The position numbers and the translations under genes are program-made. Of a DNA stretch of 64,000 nt, positions 1 through 12,167 are shown in pieces; positions within the stretch are counted from its first letter, which is position 1; the number at the start of each line of letters is the position of its first letter. The notes beneath the pieces are model-generated. The model saw only the letters and a program-made list of their open reading frames with translations, did not search any database and was not told where the DNA came from. Source of the DNA: Antedon mediterranea (lineage: Eukaryota; Animalia; Echinodermata). The stretch covers positions 13,888,001 through 13,952,000 of the forward strand of contig NC_092674.1 in the NCBI RefSeq assembly GCF_964355755.1, in the 5' to 3' direction.

Positions 1-49
1 AGTATTAAAATACTACATTATTATAAGAATGAGGACAGTAACATTTCAG

Positions 50-400
50 CACTTAAGTCCTAATAGAAGTCTGTGTAATTTAAACAAGTCATCAATAGAT
101 AATAATTCTAGCACTTTCAATCTATACAAATAAGATGTGTCACAGGAACCTTTCTAAACAGCATTATCCTTGTTGCTTTCCTTTGTATACCGGTACTTTC
201 TATTCTATTAATTAACTTCTCATGGTGCCCACATTGACGATCTTGTTGTACGCGGTATAGTAAACTTCTCCATAACATTCTCCAGCTGTCCAAAGTCTGA
301 TGGAACTCTAAACAGTATAGTATCATCTGATGATCTAAGTGAGCAAGCTGGTTGATACGATACAAGATTCTACTCAAATAATAATTTGGAGCAATATTCT
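50..400 (-). mobile_element. Highly degenerate LINE (CR1/L2-like) ORF2 C-terminal remnants
   Basis: Minus-strand frameshifted peptides EKLINRIES..IQRKATRIML..SYLYRLKVLELLSIDDL and YQPACSLRSSDD..LFRVP, typical of the post-RT region of CR1/L2 LINEs. Confidence 0.55.
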
Positions 401-451
401 GTCGTGCTTTAAATGTGGTTATGAGTAATTCACACTTAATCCTGCGATGAA

Positions 452-3400
452 CTCAATTCAATTCAATTCAATTCAAGGAACATTTATTCACGTCCAAAAG
501 ACAAAAGTAACAAAAACAAAATGGCAAGTGATAAAACAGGAAAATGGACGAAGGCAAATCCCAAAAAGATACCAATCTTGTGACGGGATTGCCTTTACAA
601 AATATTTAAATAAGAGAAGAAAAAAAAAAAAATATATAAACAAAGAAAATAAATTAATTAGACAATAAAGAAATACAAAATATATATAAAACCAGTAGAT
701 AAAAGTTGGAATAAAAAATAAAAAAAGAACAGAAAAAAGTACAGCTGCATGGCATATAGCGAATATGATGACAATTGAATAATAAAGATAGCAAGTCACG
801 GAACATGGAAAAAACGACCATATCAAACATATCGATCAGTACTGAGACAAAAGGTAATTTTTTATGTTATTATTAAATGAATAGCGGTTGGCAGCACAGG
901 AAATTGAGGGGGGTAAATTGTTAAACAATAGAGGTCCAGAATATCTAATGCTATGTTGAAAATAATTGGTGTTATGGTTAGGGATATATATGTTATTTCT
1001 TGTTCTAGTATAATATTTATGAACGGTATTATTAGGAGCGAAAAGGTCGTTTAGATGGCAAGGGAGAAGTGAGTGAGTGGCCAAAAAAACAAAGACACCT
1101 TGCTGGGATAGGTTAATGTCCGAGAGTTTGAGAAGATTGAGTTTGGAGAATAAGTGGGAGGAATGTGACAGTGGATGAGCGCCAGATATAGTCCTGATAG
1201 CTTTTTTTTGTAGGATAGAGAGTTTAATGATGTTTGAAGGGTAAGTGTTGGCCTAGACAATGTTACCATAGCTCAAATAAGGAAGGATGAGTGTGCAATA
1301 AAGGGTCCTGAGAATATTAGTTGGGAGGAAGGAAGAAAGCCTAGAAATGATCCCAAGGTTCTTAGACACTTTGTTCTCAATTTCTTGGATATGGGGTTTC
1401 CATGAGAGAGAGTTGTCGATGATAATGCCAAGAAATTTATTATACTTAACAGAGGGAATTTCTTGATTATCAATAACGACTTTAAATGGGGACACATCAA
1501 TACCTCTAGTCAACTGCGGGGTTCCGAATAGGATGTAACTACATTTATTATGATTGAGGGAGAGTTTGTTGGCAATAAAGTACTGGGACAAGGGGATAAC
1601 GTTGGTATTAAAGGTGTCAAAAAGAGTTTGGATATTTTTGTTGGCATGAAAAACTGTAGTGTCATCAGCATATAGAAAAAAATTTAGCAGGTTTGAGGTT
1701 CGGTGGATATCATTAATGTAAAAGGTGAACAGAAGCGGGCCAAGTAAGGAGCCCTGGGGAACGCCACAGGTGATAGGGCAAAAATTAGAAATAGAGTTAA
1801 AATATTTAGTACATTGGGAGCGGTTAGTGAGATAGCTTTTGAAAACGTTTAAGGCGGGTCCTCGGATTCCATAGTGAGACAATTTAAAAAGAAGAATATT
1901 ATGATCAATGGTGTCGAAAGCCTTGGAAAGGTCGATGAAAAGTCCGATTCCAAATTGACGATTTTCGAATGCATGAATAATTTTGTTAGTGAGGTCGATC
2001 AAAGCCATGGAGGTGTTATGTCCTTTTCTAAAGCCATATTGTCTCTTGAAGAGGATGTTATGTTTGCTGATAAATGAAAATGTTCTATCATAGATAATTC
2101 TTTCCAAGGCTTTCGAAAAGATTGACAGGATGGAGATAGGACGATAGTTAGAAAGGTTGGATTTGGGGCCAGATTTGTAAACAGGGGTAACGCGCGCCAG
2201 CTTCAACCTGTTCGGAAAAACACCTTTGCAGAGGACAAGATTAAAAATGTGACACAAGGGAAGGGAGATAAGGTTGATAACATGTTTAATGGCTTTAGTA
2301 TGGAAATCATCAGTACCAGGAGCTTTATTGTTATCGAAGGAGGAGATAATTCTTATGATATCCTCTTCTAGGACGGGGGTTAAGAACATTGATTTCGGAT
2401 TTGGTTGAGGAAGAAATTCTTTGAAAGAAACATAGCTGGGAGGGATTTTGTTAGCAAGGGAGGGTCCGATTTCGACAAAAAAATCATTAAATGCTTTAGA
2501 AATAATGACGGGGTCTTTAGTTGGTACTCCGTTACAGTTGACAGGGGTATTGCCTTTGTGTTGGTTTCGGTTTTTATGGTTCAATAAAGAGTTAATTGAT
2601 TTCCAGGTTGCCTTAATATCATTTTTTTGCTTGGTGAAAATATCATGAAAGTGGATTCTTTTGGCAATTTTGATAGTGGAGTTAAGTTTATTACGATATC
2701 GTTTATATTTGATTTCATTGGCAGGAGAAGGGCGGTGAAGAAATTTTGCATAGAGTTTATGTTTATACTTTATTGATTTTAGCAGTCCATTTGACATCCA
2801 AGATTTAATTTTTTTGTTCTTGTTTGTATTGTTCCTTTTCAGTAACGGGAAGTGTTGGTCATAAAGGGCTTTAAGTGTGTTATCAAAGAGGTCATAAGCA
2901 AAGTCAGGATCATTAGAATTAAGGATATCAAACCAAGTTTGATTAGAGACATCATGGTAAAAGTTGTTAAGAGACGTATTGTTAATCTGTCTGAGAGATG
3001 GGATCTCTTCATTGTTTGAGCTAGTGGCAAAACTATCAGAGAGGTTTGAAATATTAAAAACAGGGAGATGATCAGAGATATCACTATATAGCAGACCACT
3101 TATATGAGAACAATCAAATTGATTTGTAATAATATTATCTAATAATGAGGCTGTGGAATTTGTTATTCTGGATGGTCTGTCGATAAGTGGAAGATAGTGA
3201 TTGCTAAACAGTGTGTTAATGAATTGACGGGCAGTATTGTCGGATTCATGTTTAAGAATGTCAATGTTAAAGTCTCCAAGAATATAAACATTTTTATTTT
3301 CTTTTGTTAAATTGGAAAGGACAATGTCAAGTTCAATTAAGAATTGATTTGGGTCAGAGGAGGGGGGTCTATATACAGTACCCACTATAATGTTTTTGTG

Positions 3401-3928
3401 ATGAGGCCGTTTAATTTCAATAAAGATGGATTCGCAGTTGGAAGGGTGTGGGTGTAGGTCACTTCTAATGGAGAATTGTAGAGTATCAAGGATATACATG
3501 GCGACTCCTCCACCGTCTTTATGGGTTCTGTGGTTAGAGACAAAATTATAATTTGGGAGTTGGACCAAAGGATTATCGTACTTGAGCCAAGTTTCACTTA
3601 CTCCAATAATATCGAAAGGCAGATTAATGGATGATAGGAGTTGTTTAATTTCATCAATGTGCTTGAGGATGCTTCTAGAGTTGAAATGAATAGTGGAGAA
3701 GCAATCAGAAAGTGAGTCAACAAGAAATTCATTAGGATCATAATATTGAGAGGGACTGTGGTTGCTGTTGGTGAAAAAATTAGAGTCGGGATCAATGTTA
3801 GATGTAGAATTGCCAAGGTTCCTGTTAATGTTACGGTTGTCTGAATAGCTGGGCAAGGGGAAGAAGTTTATGTTTGATAATCGGTCGTGGTACGATGTTC
3901 CGTCATCTGCGTTAAGGTTGTACATCAA
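452..3928 (-). mobile_element. CR1/L2-clade non-LTR retrotransposon, near-intact ORF2 (APE endonuclease + reverse transcriptase) with 3' UTR and (TTGAA)n tail
   Basis: ORF 1253-3928 has APE motifs (GVSETWL, GDFN, SDHLP) and RT motifs ([21 protein letters not shown]). The frame continues through one TAG (1253-1255) into ORF 836-1084. The tail reads (ttcaa)n on + at about 455-477. Confidence 0.95.
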
Positions 3929-4619
3929 GTAAAAAATGAAAATATAAAAAGAGAAATCTGTTCAGTGAAAATACTAGTTAATATATAATTTAAAATATAT
4001 GTATAAAATATATATAAATAAATATACACTGTATAAATAAATAAACAAATATTAGATCAAACTGAATATTGGAAAAAAGAAAAATTAACAATGCATAAAA
4101 ACAAGACTGTCAAAGTAAGGCGAGTTAAGCAGAACTCCGGCAAGGAACTAAAAATTGCAAAACAACAAGAGAACATTATGGAATGGTATAAACAATTATG
4201 AAAACTACATGAATATGGCAATCAGGCACTTAAACACTTGGATGATAATAGTGTTCAAAGCAATGACACATGGCAATGTAATCTGATTATTTAAAGATTT
4301 TTTATACTGAGAAACAATGAAGAAAAAACTAAGATACCAATAAGATATAACACACAAACACACCATCACACACACACCAACACCCATCCACCCACACGCA
4401 AGCACAAACGTATTGAATATTGAAGCATACAAAGGTCAATACTCTGTGTGAACTGGTAGCCAATGAAGAAGATCTATGAATTAAAAGTTCCTCTTAATTA
4501 TAGGTGATTCGTACAAGAATCACCTATTGATTTTTTATGAATAAATATAGTAAGACATCACTGTGTTTTGTTTATATCAATAATTGACTTTGTAATATAT
4601 TTTTTATTTTGTTGAAAAG

Positions 4620-5841
4620 CAATGGGAATAGGACGACTGACAGTAACGATGGTAGGAAAGTTTGGAGTAACCGCTGCATTCGGTATTATATTTTTCTATA
4701 CTGCAGAGCTGTATCCAACTAACATACGGTTAGAAATATAATATTCTCCTATTTGGTGGTTATAGCTAGTCTAGTTCAATTGATAAAAGTTAAATATTGT
4801 GTTAAACGAGCAACTGTAATATTATAATAATTATAATTGTATATTCGACGTCCTGAGGTGGTGAGGACTTAAAGCACATCATCTTTTTACTCCCCTATTC
4901 ACTATCATCAAACTCATACAGAATAAAACAATGATTCTCGCTGATGATTATTTTATTTTGACATTATAATCTTATTAGTTCTTTTTATTGTAATGTTGAT
5001 GTGTTCTTTATCCATTCCATCTTCATTATGATGATGGCGTTATTGAATAAATGTATCTAGTTGTCAAACTAACCGACTGCTTTATTCATTTGGCAATAGG
5101 TCAGTTGCTGTTGGTATTTGTTCAACATCTGGTCGGATTGGAGCCATCCTATCACCATATATCCTCCACCTGTCAAGGTATTGGGCACCACTTGCAATGT
5201 TAACATTCAGTGTATTAGCTATTTCATCTGGAGTACTTGTTTTACTTTTACCCGAAACTGCCAATAGAAAGTTACCAGATACAATGGATGAAGTCACAGA
5301 ACTTAAAATGTAAGGGTTTGTTTGTAAATGTTTCAAAATTTGCATTCAGAATGTACTAATAAACCGCAGTCATTGAAATATAATGGGTTCAGTAAGATGT
5401 CTAATCTATCAAGGCACGAATTATGATTATTATGTGTAATTTGTTGTTTTTTGTAATTATAAAGGTAATATTTGCATCAATTGTTGTCAGCGCTAGTAAG
5501 AGCATGTTGCTTTGGTAGGTGTCTCTGTGTGTGTGGTTTATCTTCTTTCTAAGTTTATAGCATCGTTTCGACCAGGGAAGACGTGTAGACGTATGCTAAT
5601 GTTACAGGAATACGATCACTTTTGAATTTTATGGTCTGAACAAACATGTTAAAACGTAAAATAGCTATTTTATGTTAAACTAACCAGCCGTACCTTGAGT
5701 GTATTTGTATAATTTCTTTCACTTTATTTTCTACACTATTTAATGTCGATTAATGATAATATTAACGTTTTATCATTTATTTTCAGATCTGTGACAAAAT
5801 TATCGTCAGCAGAATTAGGAGAAAAAGAAGCTATGACATAA
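4620..5841 (+). CDS. SLC22-family (organic cation/anion, MFS) transporter, last three coding exons: 4620-4728, 5100-5309, 5787-5841
   Basis: AG/GT-bounded exons joining in frame: [36 protein letters not shown] / [22 protein letters not shown]...[17 protein letters not shown] / [17 protein letters not shown]. ELYPTxxR and LPET are SLC22 hallmarks. Upstream exons lie outside the window. Confidence 0.92.
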
Positions 5842-6183
5842 ACAACATTGATATCATGAGAAACGTTACACCAACGTACCATGATAGACTTCCGTAAAAA
5901 CGTGAAAAAACAGCAGTTCCAAAAAAAAAATAATCCAGTCTCCTTTGGCTTGCTCATAAAGCAATTGGGATGATAAGGGTTATTAAATACTCAACGCTAT
6001 TACACTTTTTAATCAACATTATGATGTTGATTTGTATCAGTACTTCTAGATTTTTTATAGAATACTAGTATATCAACGTATACCAACAAATTAATGAAAA
6101 TCCTTATAATAGGTAACTAAACGCATTTCATCAACTGGTTGTAAGTATTTTACACGATTTAAATTTAGACTTTGTATAGCATT

Positions 6184-6273
6184 ATTTAATTTTCTAAAAA
6201 GGCGAATTGATGCCTATTCTCTAATGGAATAACATGAGAATAGGCAGCAATTCGCCTTTTTAGAAAATTAAAT
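6184..6273. repeat. About 90-bp near-perfect hairpin (collapsed MITE-like)
   Basis: tttaattttctaaaaaggcgaattgatgcctattctc ... gagaataggcagcaattcgcctttttagaaaattaaa, with a loop of about 14 nt. Confidence 0.8.
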
Positions 6274-7273
6274 TTCAAATTTATAAAAATGTAGGCCTAT
6301 TTAGAGTATTGGAAAAAATAAACAAATTAGCCAATTATTGAATTGTTAATGATAATACAATGTATAATTGTTATTGATGTACATACCGTATATTTTATTT
6401 TAATGTATGGATGATGCTGCATGGGAAACTTTGTATTAACAGAAAAAGCCATAGCATCAAAATATGAAAATAAACAAAACAAAACATCATTTTTTTTACT
6501 GATATGTAACAGTGATATACTAATTCTAAGTAAGTTATGATGTACTGAAATTGAAATAAAGTTTAGAGAGTGAATCTCACAAAAAGACAAACAACTACAG
6601 CCAGCAATTTGTTTTCTTCCAAAATACTTATAAGTAAGCTTTTAAAATTAATTTGAATACATCATATTAAATATTAAAAAGTGTTTCTAAGATCCACGCG
6701 TAGGCTCGCTATTTATTTATTACAGGCATAGAAATAAATTATATATATATATATATTAAATAGCCTATATAAATGCGTGAACGTGATTGGTTGAGTACGA
6801 TGATATTGACTGAGTAATTGTCGAGTAATTATCGTGTCCCTGTCATTAAATATATATAAAATCCAGCAAATTCTCGAGTACGATGATATTGACTGTGTAA
6901 TTTTCGTGTGGCAACATTCGCGTTTGGCGATAAATAAGTTAATAAAAGTAATAAAAGTCATCTACTGGGACTTGAGCTCGCGATGAATTGTCACTCCATC
7001 ACGCAACTTGCTTGAAGAAATTAATCAACTAAACTATTTAAACTATTCATACATAGCGCCCTCGCTTAGTTTTTAGTCCTCTCTAGATGTGACCTGATAA
7101 TAATACTATTATGTATGCTTATTGATGGAAATTATTCTGTAAATTTAAACGGTCTAGGCCTAAGTGAATATTTTATTGCCAAGGAATCATTAATTAGTAA
7201 TTATCTGTATATTATTATTATTATTTTCAACCTGTTATTGGTGTTTTACACTGTTGGTTTGATATAAAGAATA

Positions 7274-7325
7274 AAAAATCAGAAGGTTCCGGGTTCGAAT
7301 CTCGGTTGGGGCGACTTTTTCTCCT
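7274..7325 (+). mobile_element. tRNA-derived SINE head fragment
   Basis: B-box GGTTCGAATC in aatcagaaggttccgggttcgaatctcggttggggcg; no complete cloverleaf. Confidence 0.5.
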
Positions 7326-8121
7326 TCTCACAGATTTCCTCATCTTCAAATTAATTAATTAAATTTCAGTATATCACGGTATAGTATTTATTCTGTGCCT
7401 GTGGTTTTTAAAATATATATATATACTATATATCCCTGTTCATACTGTACATGTTGACTTTATATTTGTAGTAGAATAAATTAACTTTTATATTCGTTTG
7501 TAAAGTGAAAATGTTATTGACTTTATACGGTCATTTTTCGCAAAGGTAAGGTGAATTAGGCAGTCTTATTACTTAGGCTAGCCGACCCATACACTTTGCT
7601 ACATTTTTTAATATAGCAGATGTAATATATAGTTCATCGAGAAAAATATCATTCCCTCGGGGATGTCAATTGTTATATTTCACCTCTAAAAAAGTAGGCA
7701 ATATCTGTATAATATAAACATTTGCAGTAGAGCAGAATCAGTGTCGTGAAATAAACCTTTATTTTTAAAAGTAATGCTAAAGGAATATTTTGTAGTATAA
7801 GATAGGAATTCATCAAAATTGACTATACATAATTATGTAAAATTGAGGCATTTTTCTTTTTAAAAAAAGTATATAAATATAAATCAAAAGAAAAATCAAT
7901 TTAACACAATTTAAAAATACCATTTTATTAAAAATTATTACCCAGTTAAATGTGTGTAAGTCATTGAATCAAAATCAGTAAAATTCCAATCTTATAACAT
8001 TATGAAAAAGGTGTAGCATCACATTATAATACTTTGTTTTTAGATTTTCAGTGTAAAAAAGTAAGTAAGAATCCGTATCATTGTATATTTATTATATATA
8101 TATATTTTTTTTTTTTTTTAG

Positions 8122-8668
8122 TTAGATAAACTTGAAGTTGCAAGATTGAAGGAATTCAATTTAAGTGCTGGTGTAATACAGATATGGTGGAGGAAAATCC
8201 TTGCAACCAAAAGTAAACAAGAGGTCAAACAGGTATTGATTGTAATAGTGTTTTGCCAAATATCTTGCAGGCATCATGCTGTTACCAAACCAAGCCACAG
8301 AAGGCTATTTTAACATTGAATTACATCTTAACTTTTATTCATTTTAAAATTTTTAAAATTAAACTAAATGTGTTTATGTACTGTTAGATGCTCAGTCACT
8401 GATTGATATGTTGTAGGTTTTAGAGGCTGGAAGGTGAGAGAAGATGTAAAGAAACGACATGAGGCAGCACGTGTCATACACTATGCTATGATGCTGAGTC
8501 ACTTATTAGAATTGATGTGTTGTATGTTTTAGAGGCTGGAAGGTGAGAGAAGATGTAAAGAGACGACATGAGGCAGCACGTGTCATACAGTATGCTATGA
8601 GTGGATATTCAATTCGTTTACATCAACGCAAGTTAGAGGAACAACTAAATGAAGTAGATTCAGACGAG
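8122..8668 (+). pseudogene. Decayed fragment of an IQ-motif (calmodulin-binding) protein gene
   Basis: Exon 8122-8232 (SAGVIQIWWRKIL). Frameshifted IQ exon at about 8271-8315 (HHAVTK.QAT.RGY). Exon FRGWKVREDVKRRHEAARVIQYAMSGY occurs twice (8417-8490 truncated; about 8526-8668 with the acceptor AG changed to AT). Confidence 0.6.
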
Positions 8669-9869
8669 GTAGGCCTTTACTTAAAACTCTCAATTCTCAA
8701 TCTACGCTGCACCAACATACTTTACCAAGTGAAGTATGTTCCTTCATCCTCATGTACTTTAATGATGTTGAATTAACACATCATCATTGATATGTATTGA
8801 GTTATAAAACTAAAAATGTTGAATCGAGAATATTTAATTTACTGAGAGATCAGTTAATTTTTAACTCATGAAATATTCTCACTATTCAAATCATAAACAT
8901 TTAGTTTATGGTGTTTATACCAATCTAATACTTTTTTTTTCTTGATACAATTTAACATTTATTTTTACCAGTTTGTTGATTTGCTGAGCACCTGAATATA
9001 AAAAGTGTTACAGAAGAGAAGCCTGTAAATCAAGGAACCATCATTAACAAGTTTGTGTTGCAACCACTCCTGCAGTTAATATAGCTTTTGGTATTGTGTT
9101 ACTTGGTTTGTTGTAAGTATGTTAATCCAGGAACTACCACCAGTATCAAGGTTGTGTCAAATGCCGCAAATTGTCTACTATATAAATGTTGAAAGAAAAA
9201 TGAATATTGACACAATTTTTTACATGCGTGTGCTGTCTTACCAATTTTTATTCACAATAAAAACAATAATACAGTCTTTGTGAAGCTCTTTCAGCTTCGA
9301 TTTGGTTTTCACGCATGAGTAAACTTTATGAAAATGAAATTATCCTAATATTAAATTTTATTATAAACAAATCATGTAAAACTAACAATGTAAAACTAAC
9401 AATGTAATTTCAGTAAATAACAATTATTCTCAGGAATATGATTTAATTTTGTGATTTTTATGTCCCATGCATTTAGGATCAATTGAAGATTTAAATGTTG
9501 TGTTGTTTTTCTATTAAATTCTTTTTATTAACCCTATTGGTCGCGTTGAGATTTTAAAAATGCAATACAAAAAAGTTAACAATATTGTATATCATTTATC
9601 ATTTATTAAAATAGAATATGAAATATGTATTTATTTAGTAACTCTACTAATAAATGTATATTTTTTAAGTTTAAATCAACAGCATGCATACACCACAACA
9701 TTGTACTTTATCTTTACAAGAGTTATCTTGTAAATATAAATTTACAATTTTAGTTAGCAATTATTAATGTCATTTCCATTCCTTAAACCATTTTAAGTAA
9801 GAACTGTTCCCCTCACTATAATTAATGACAATATTTACAAATATCTTAATAATGTTCTCTCTCCTTGTA

Positions 9870-10045
9870 ATGTTGCGTCAGTTGAGTCGATTATTGAACA
9901 AAATAAGGTTTTATTTTAAATTACCCTACTTACAGTTTGCCAAATGCGCACAATAAAGAATCGATTACACGTAAATATTACAAAAGAGTTAATATTAAAC
10001 TAGCATTCAAATCATTTAAAATGTCAAACTTTTTTAGTCAAGACA
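9870..10045 (+). mobile_element. Old Penelope-like element fragment
   Basis: Degenerate peptide YFKLPYL...KYYKRVNIKLAFKSFKMSNFFS.KD resembles the linker preceding GIY-YIG in Penelope-like elements. Confidence 0.5.
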
Positions 10046-10474
10046 TTTTAAGGCAGTTTGCCTATTTATCAAATGCCTCACAAACGTTATTTTAACTCAA
10101 AAGTTCGGAGGAATTACTCATAATTTATCTAACATATTTTTCCTAGAAAACACATCATGCTAATATTGGATGTGATTGACTGATTTGAGGCATCTGTACG
10201 GTCAGTAAACATATCTTATTTTTGTGATGAATGGGGAGAAAGGACCATTCTGTTTTAGGTTTTCAGAAGCCTGTTGATCGTCACACACACTAGACAGCAG
10301 CTGATTAGAATTCTGATTAAAAATTATTACAAAACGTGTGGTTTTATAATCCCAAGTTATACCAAGTACGCCTTCTAATCATAATAATATTTATAATCAT
10401 AATATTGATGCTTATGATGCACACTATATATCATTGGCAGAGTTTAATGTGTCAAGACATCAAAATAAACAATG

Positions 10475-11232
10475 CAAATAATGTAGGATAATTCAGTCCC
10501 TCTAATGGAATTCAACAACAAATAATTTAGGATAATTCAGTCCCTCTAATTGAATTCAACAACAAACAATTTAGGATAATTCAGTCCCTCTAATTGAATT
10601 CAACAACAAATAATTTAGGATAATTCAGTCCCTCTAATTGAATTCAACAACAAATAATTTAGGATAATTCAGTCCCTCTAATTGAATTCAACAACAAATG
10701 ATTTAGGATAATTCAGTCCCTCTAATTGAATTCAACAACAAATAATTTAGGATAATTCAGTCCCTCTAATTGAATTCAACAACAAATAGTTTAGGATAAT
10801 TCAGTTCCTCTAATTGAATTCAACAACAAATAATTTAGGATAATTCAGTCCCTCTAATTGAATTCAACAACAAATAGTTTAGGATAATTCAGTCCCTCTA
10901 ATTGAATTCAACAACAAATAATTTAGGATAATTCAGTCCCTCTAATTGAATTCAACAACAAATAATTTAGGATAATTCAGTCCCTCTAATTGAATTCAAC
11001 AACAAATAGTTTAGGATAATTCAGTCCCTCTAATTGAATTCAACAACAAATAATTTAGGATAATTCAGTCCCTCTAATTGAATTCAACAACAAATAATTT
11101 AGGATAATTCAGTCCCTCTAATTAAATTCAACAACACATCATTTAGGATAATTCAGTCCCTCTAATTGAATTCAACAACAAATAATTTAGGATAATTCAG
11201 TCCCTCTAATTGAATTCAACAACAAATAATTT
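10475..11232. repeat. 44-bp minisatellite, about 17 copies
   Basis: Unit aaataatttaggataattcagtccctctaattgaattcaacaac. Period 44 checked (10521, 10565, 10741). Few substitutions, no spacers. Confidence 0.97.
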
Positions 11233-11895
11233 CATGAGATGAAAATGTGTTCCTTTGTTCCCATTGCACAAATATAATACATTTGTTTTATTAACAATTT
11301 GATTGGACGATTGTGGGTCATATGACATTAACTAAATGTACTACAGTATGGCACTGAAATTCAGTTTTATGAATTTATTTTTGTTAGAGAGATTGAGCAA
11401 CCACACGCTTGAGAAGAGTCCAGGCTGTTGATTGATTAAGTAACCTGTAGAGGCCTGCAGTCTATTTGTTCAACTCCATGTCCAAAATTGGAATACTGCC
11501 TTTTTGAATGGCAACATTATATTTTGTTATGATTTAACCAGATACAAAATACATACAAATATAACAATATTTTGTCATTCACATACCTGACATCTCATGA
11601 TGTCAGGTACGTGACCTATGTTAAAGTACTTGTATTACTTTGGTCTATTAAAACATAGTTGTATCTTGCACTTTTAATAACATTATTTCAATAGGTCTTC
11701 TATATTGTCCTTTATTAACTATGTATCTCCTATTGTTCATACAAATTGTTTATTTGTTGAACTGAGTTACCATATAGCTGCAGTTCATACGGTATACTGT
11801 AGGTTTTGATTAGACACTTTAGACTGTTGCTAGTATTTCTACAATATCCATTCTCTCAACTGCCATTAAGGCTTTTACTACTTCCTCTCGTTGGT

Positions 11896-12167
11896 TCACA
11901 TCTCTTTCTTGGTTTCTAGTAATTTTACAATATCCATTCTCTCAACTGCTCTCAAGGCTTTTACTACTTCCTCTCGTTGGTTCACATCCCTTCCTTGCTT
12001 ACATCGCCATTGTACCAGTGATTCCATTGTTGCTTCTACAGTCAGCGCTGAAAACCTTCCCTCAGTTTGTGATAGCTCAACATCAGCAATACCAAGATGC
12101 CTACAGAAATTCTTCCAATCTGTCATCTTCTCAGAAATTATCAGGAAGTCCAAGTCTGTTAAGCATC
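11896..12167 (-). CDS. ROCO gene terminal exon: death domain 4 and stop
   Basis: CLTDLDFLIISEKMTDWKNFCRHLGIADVEL...MESLVQWRCKQGR...VVKALRAVERMDIVKLL; DD pattern W..L.R.LG..L..W..L..AL..R.D. Confidence 0.9.

Noticed and set aside
447-826. Short ORFs in AT-rich DNA (e.g. 447-668, 488-826 and many similar ORF-track entries)
   Set aside because: LINE 3' UTR, antisense or low-complexity frames with no recognisable motifs or splice support.
10475-11232. CRISPR-like regularly spaced repeats
   Set aside because: Contiguous 44-bp units with no unique spacers, no cas genes, and a eukaryotic context.
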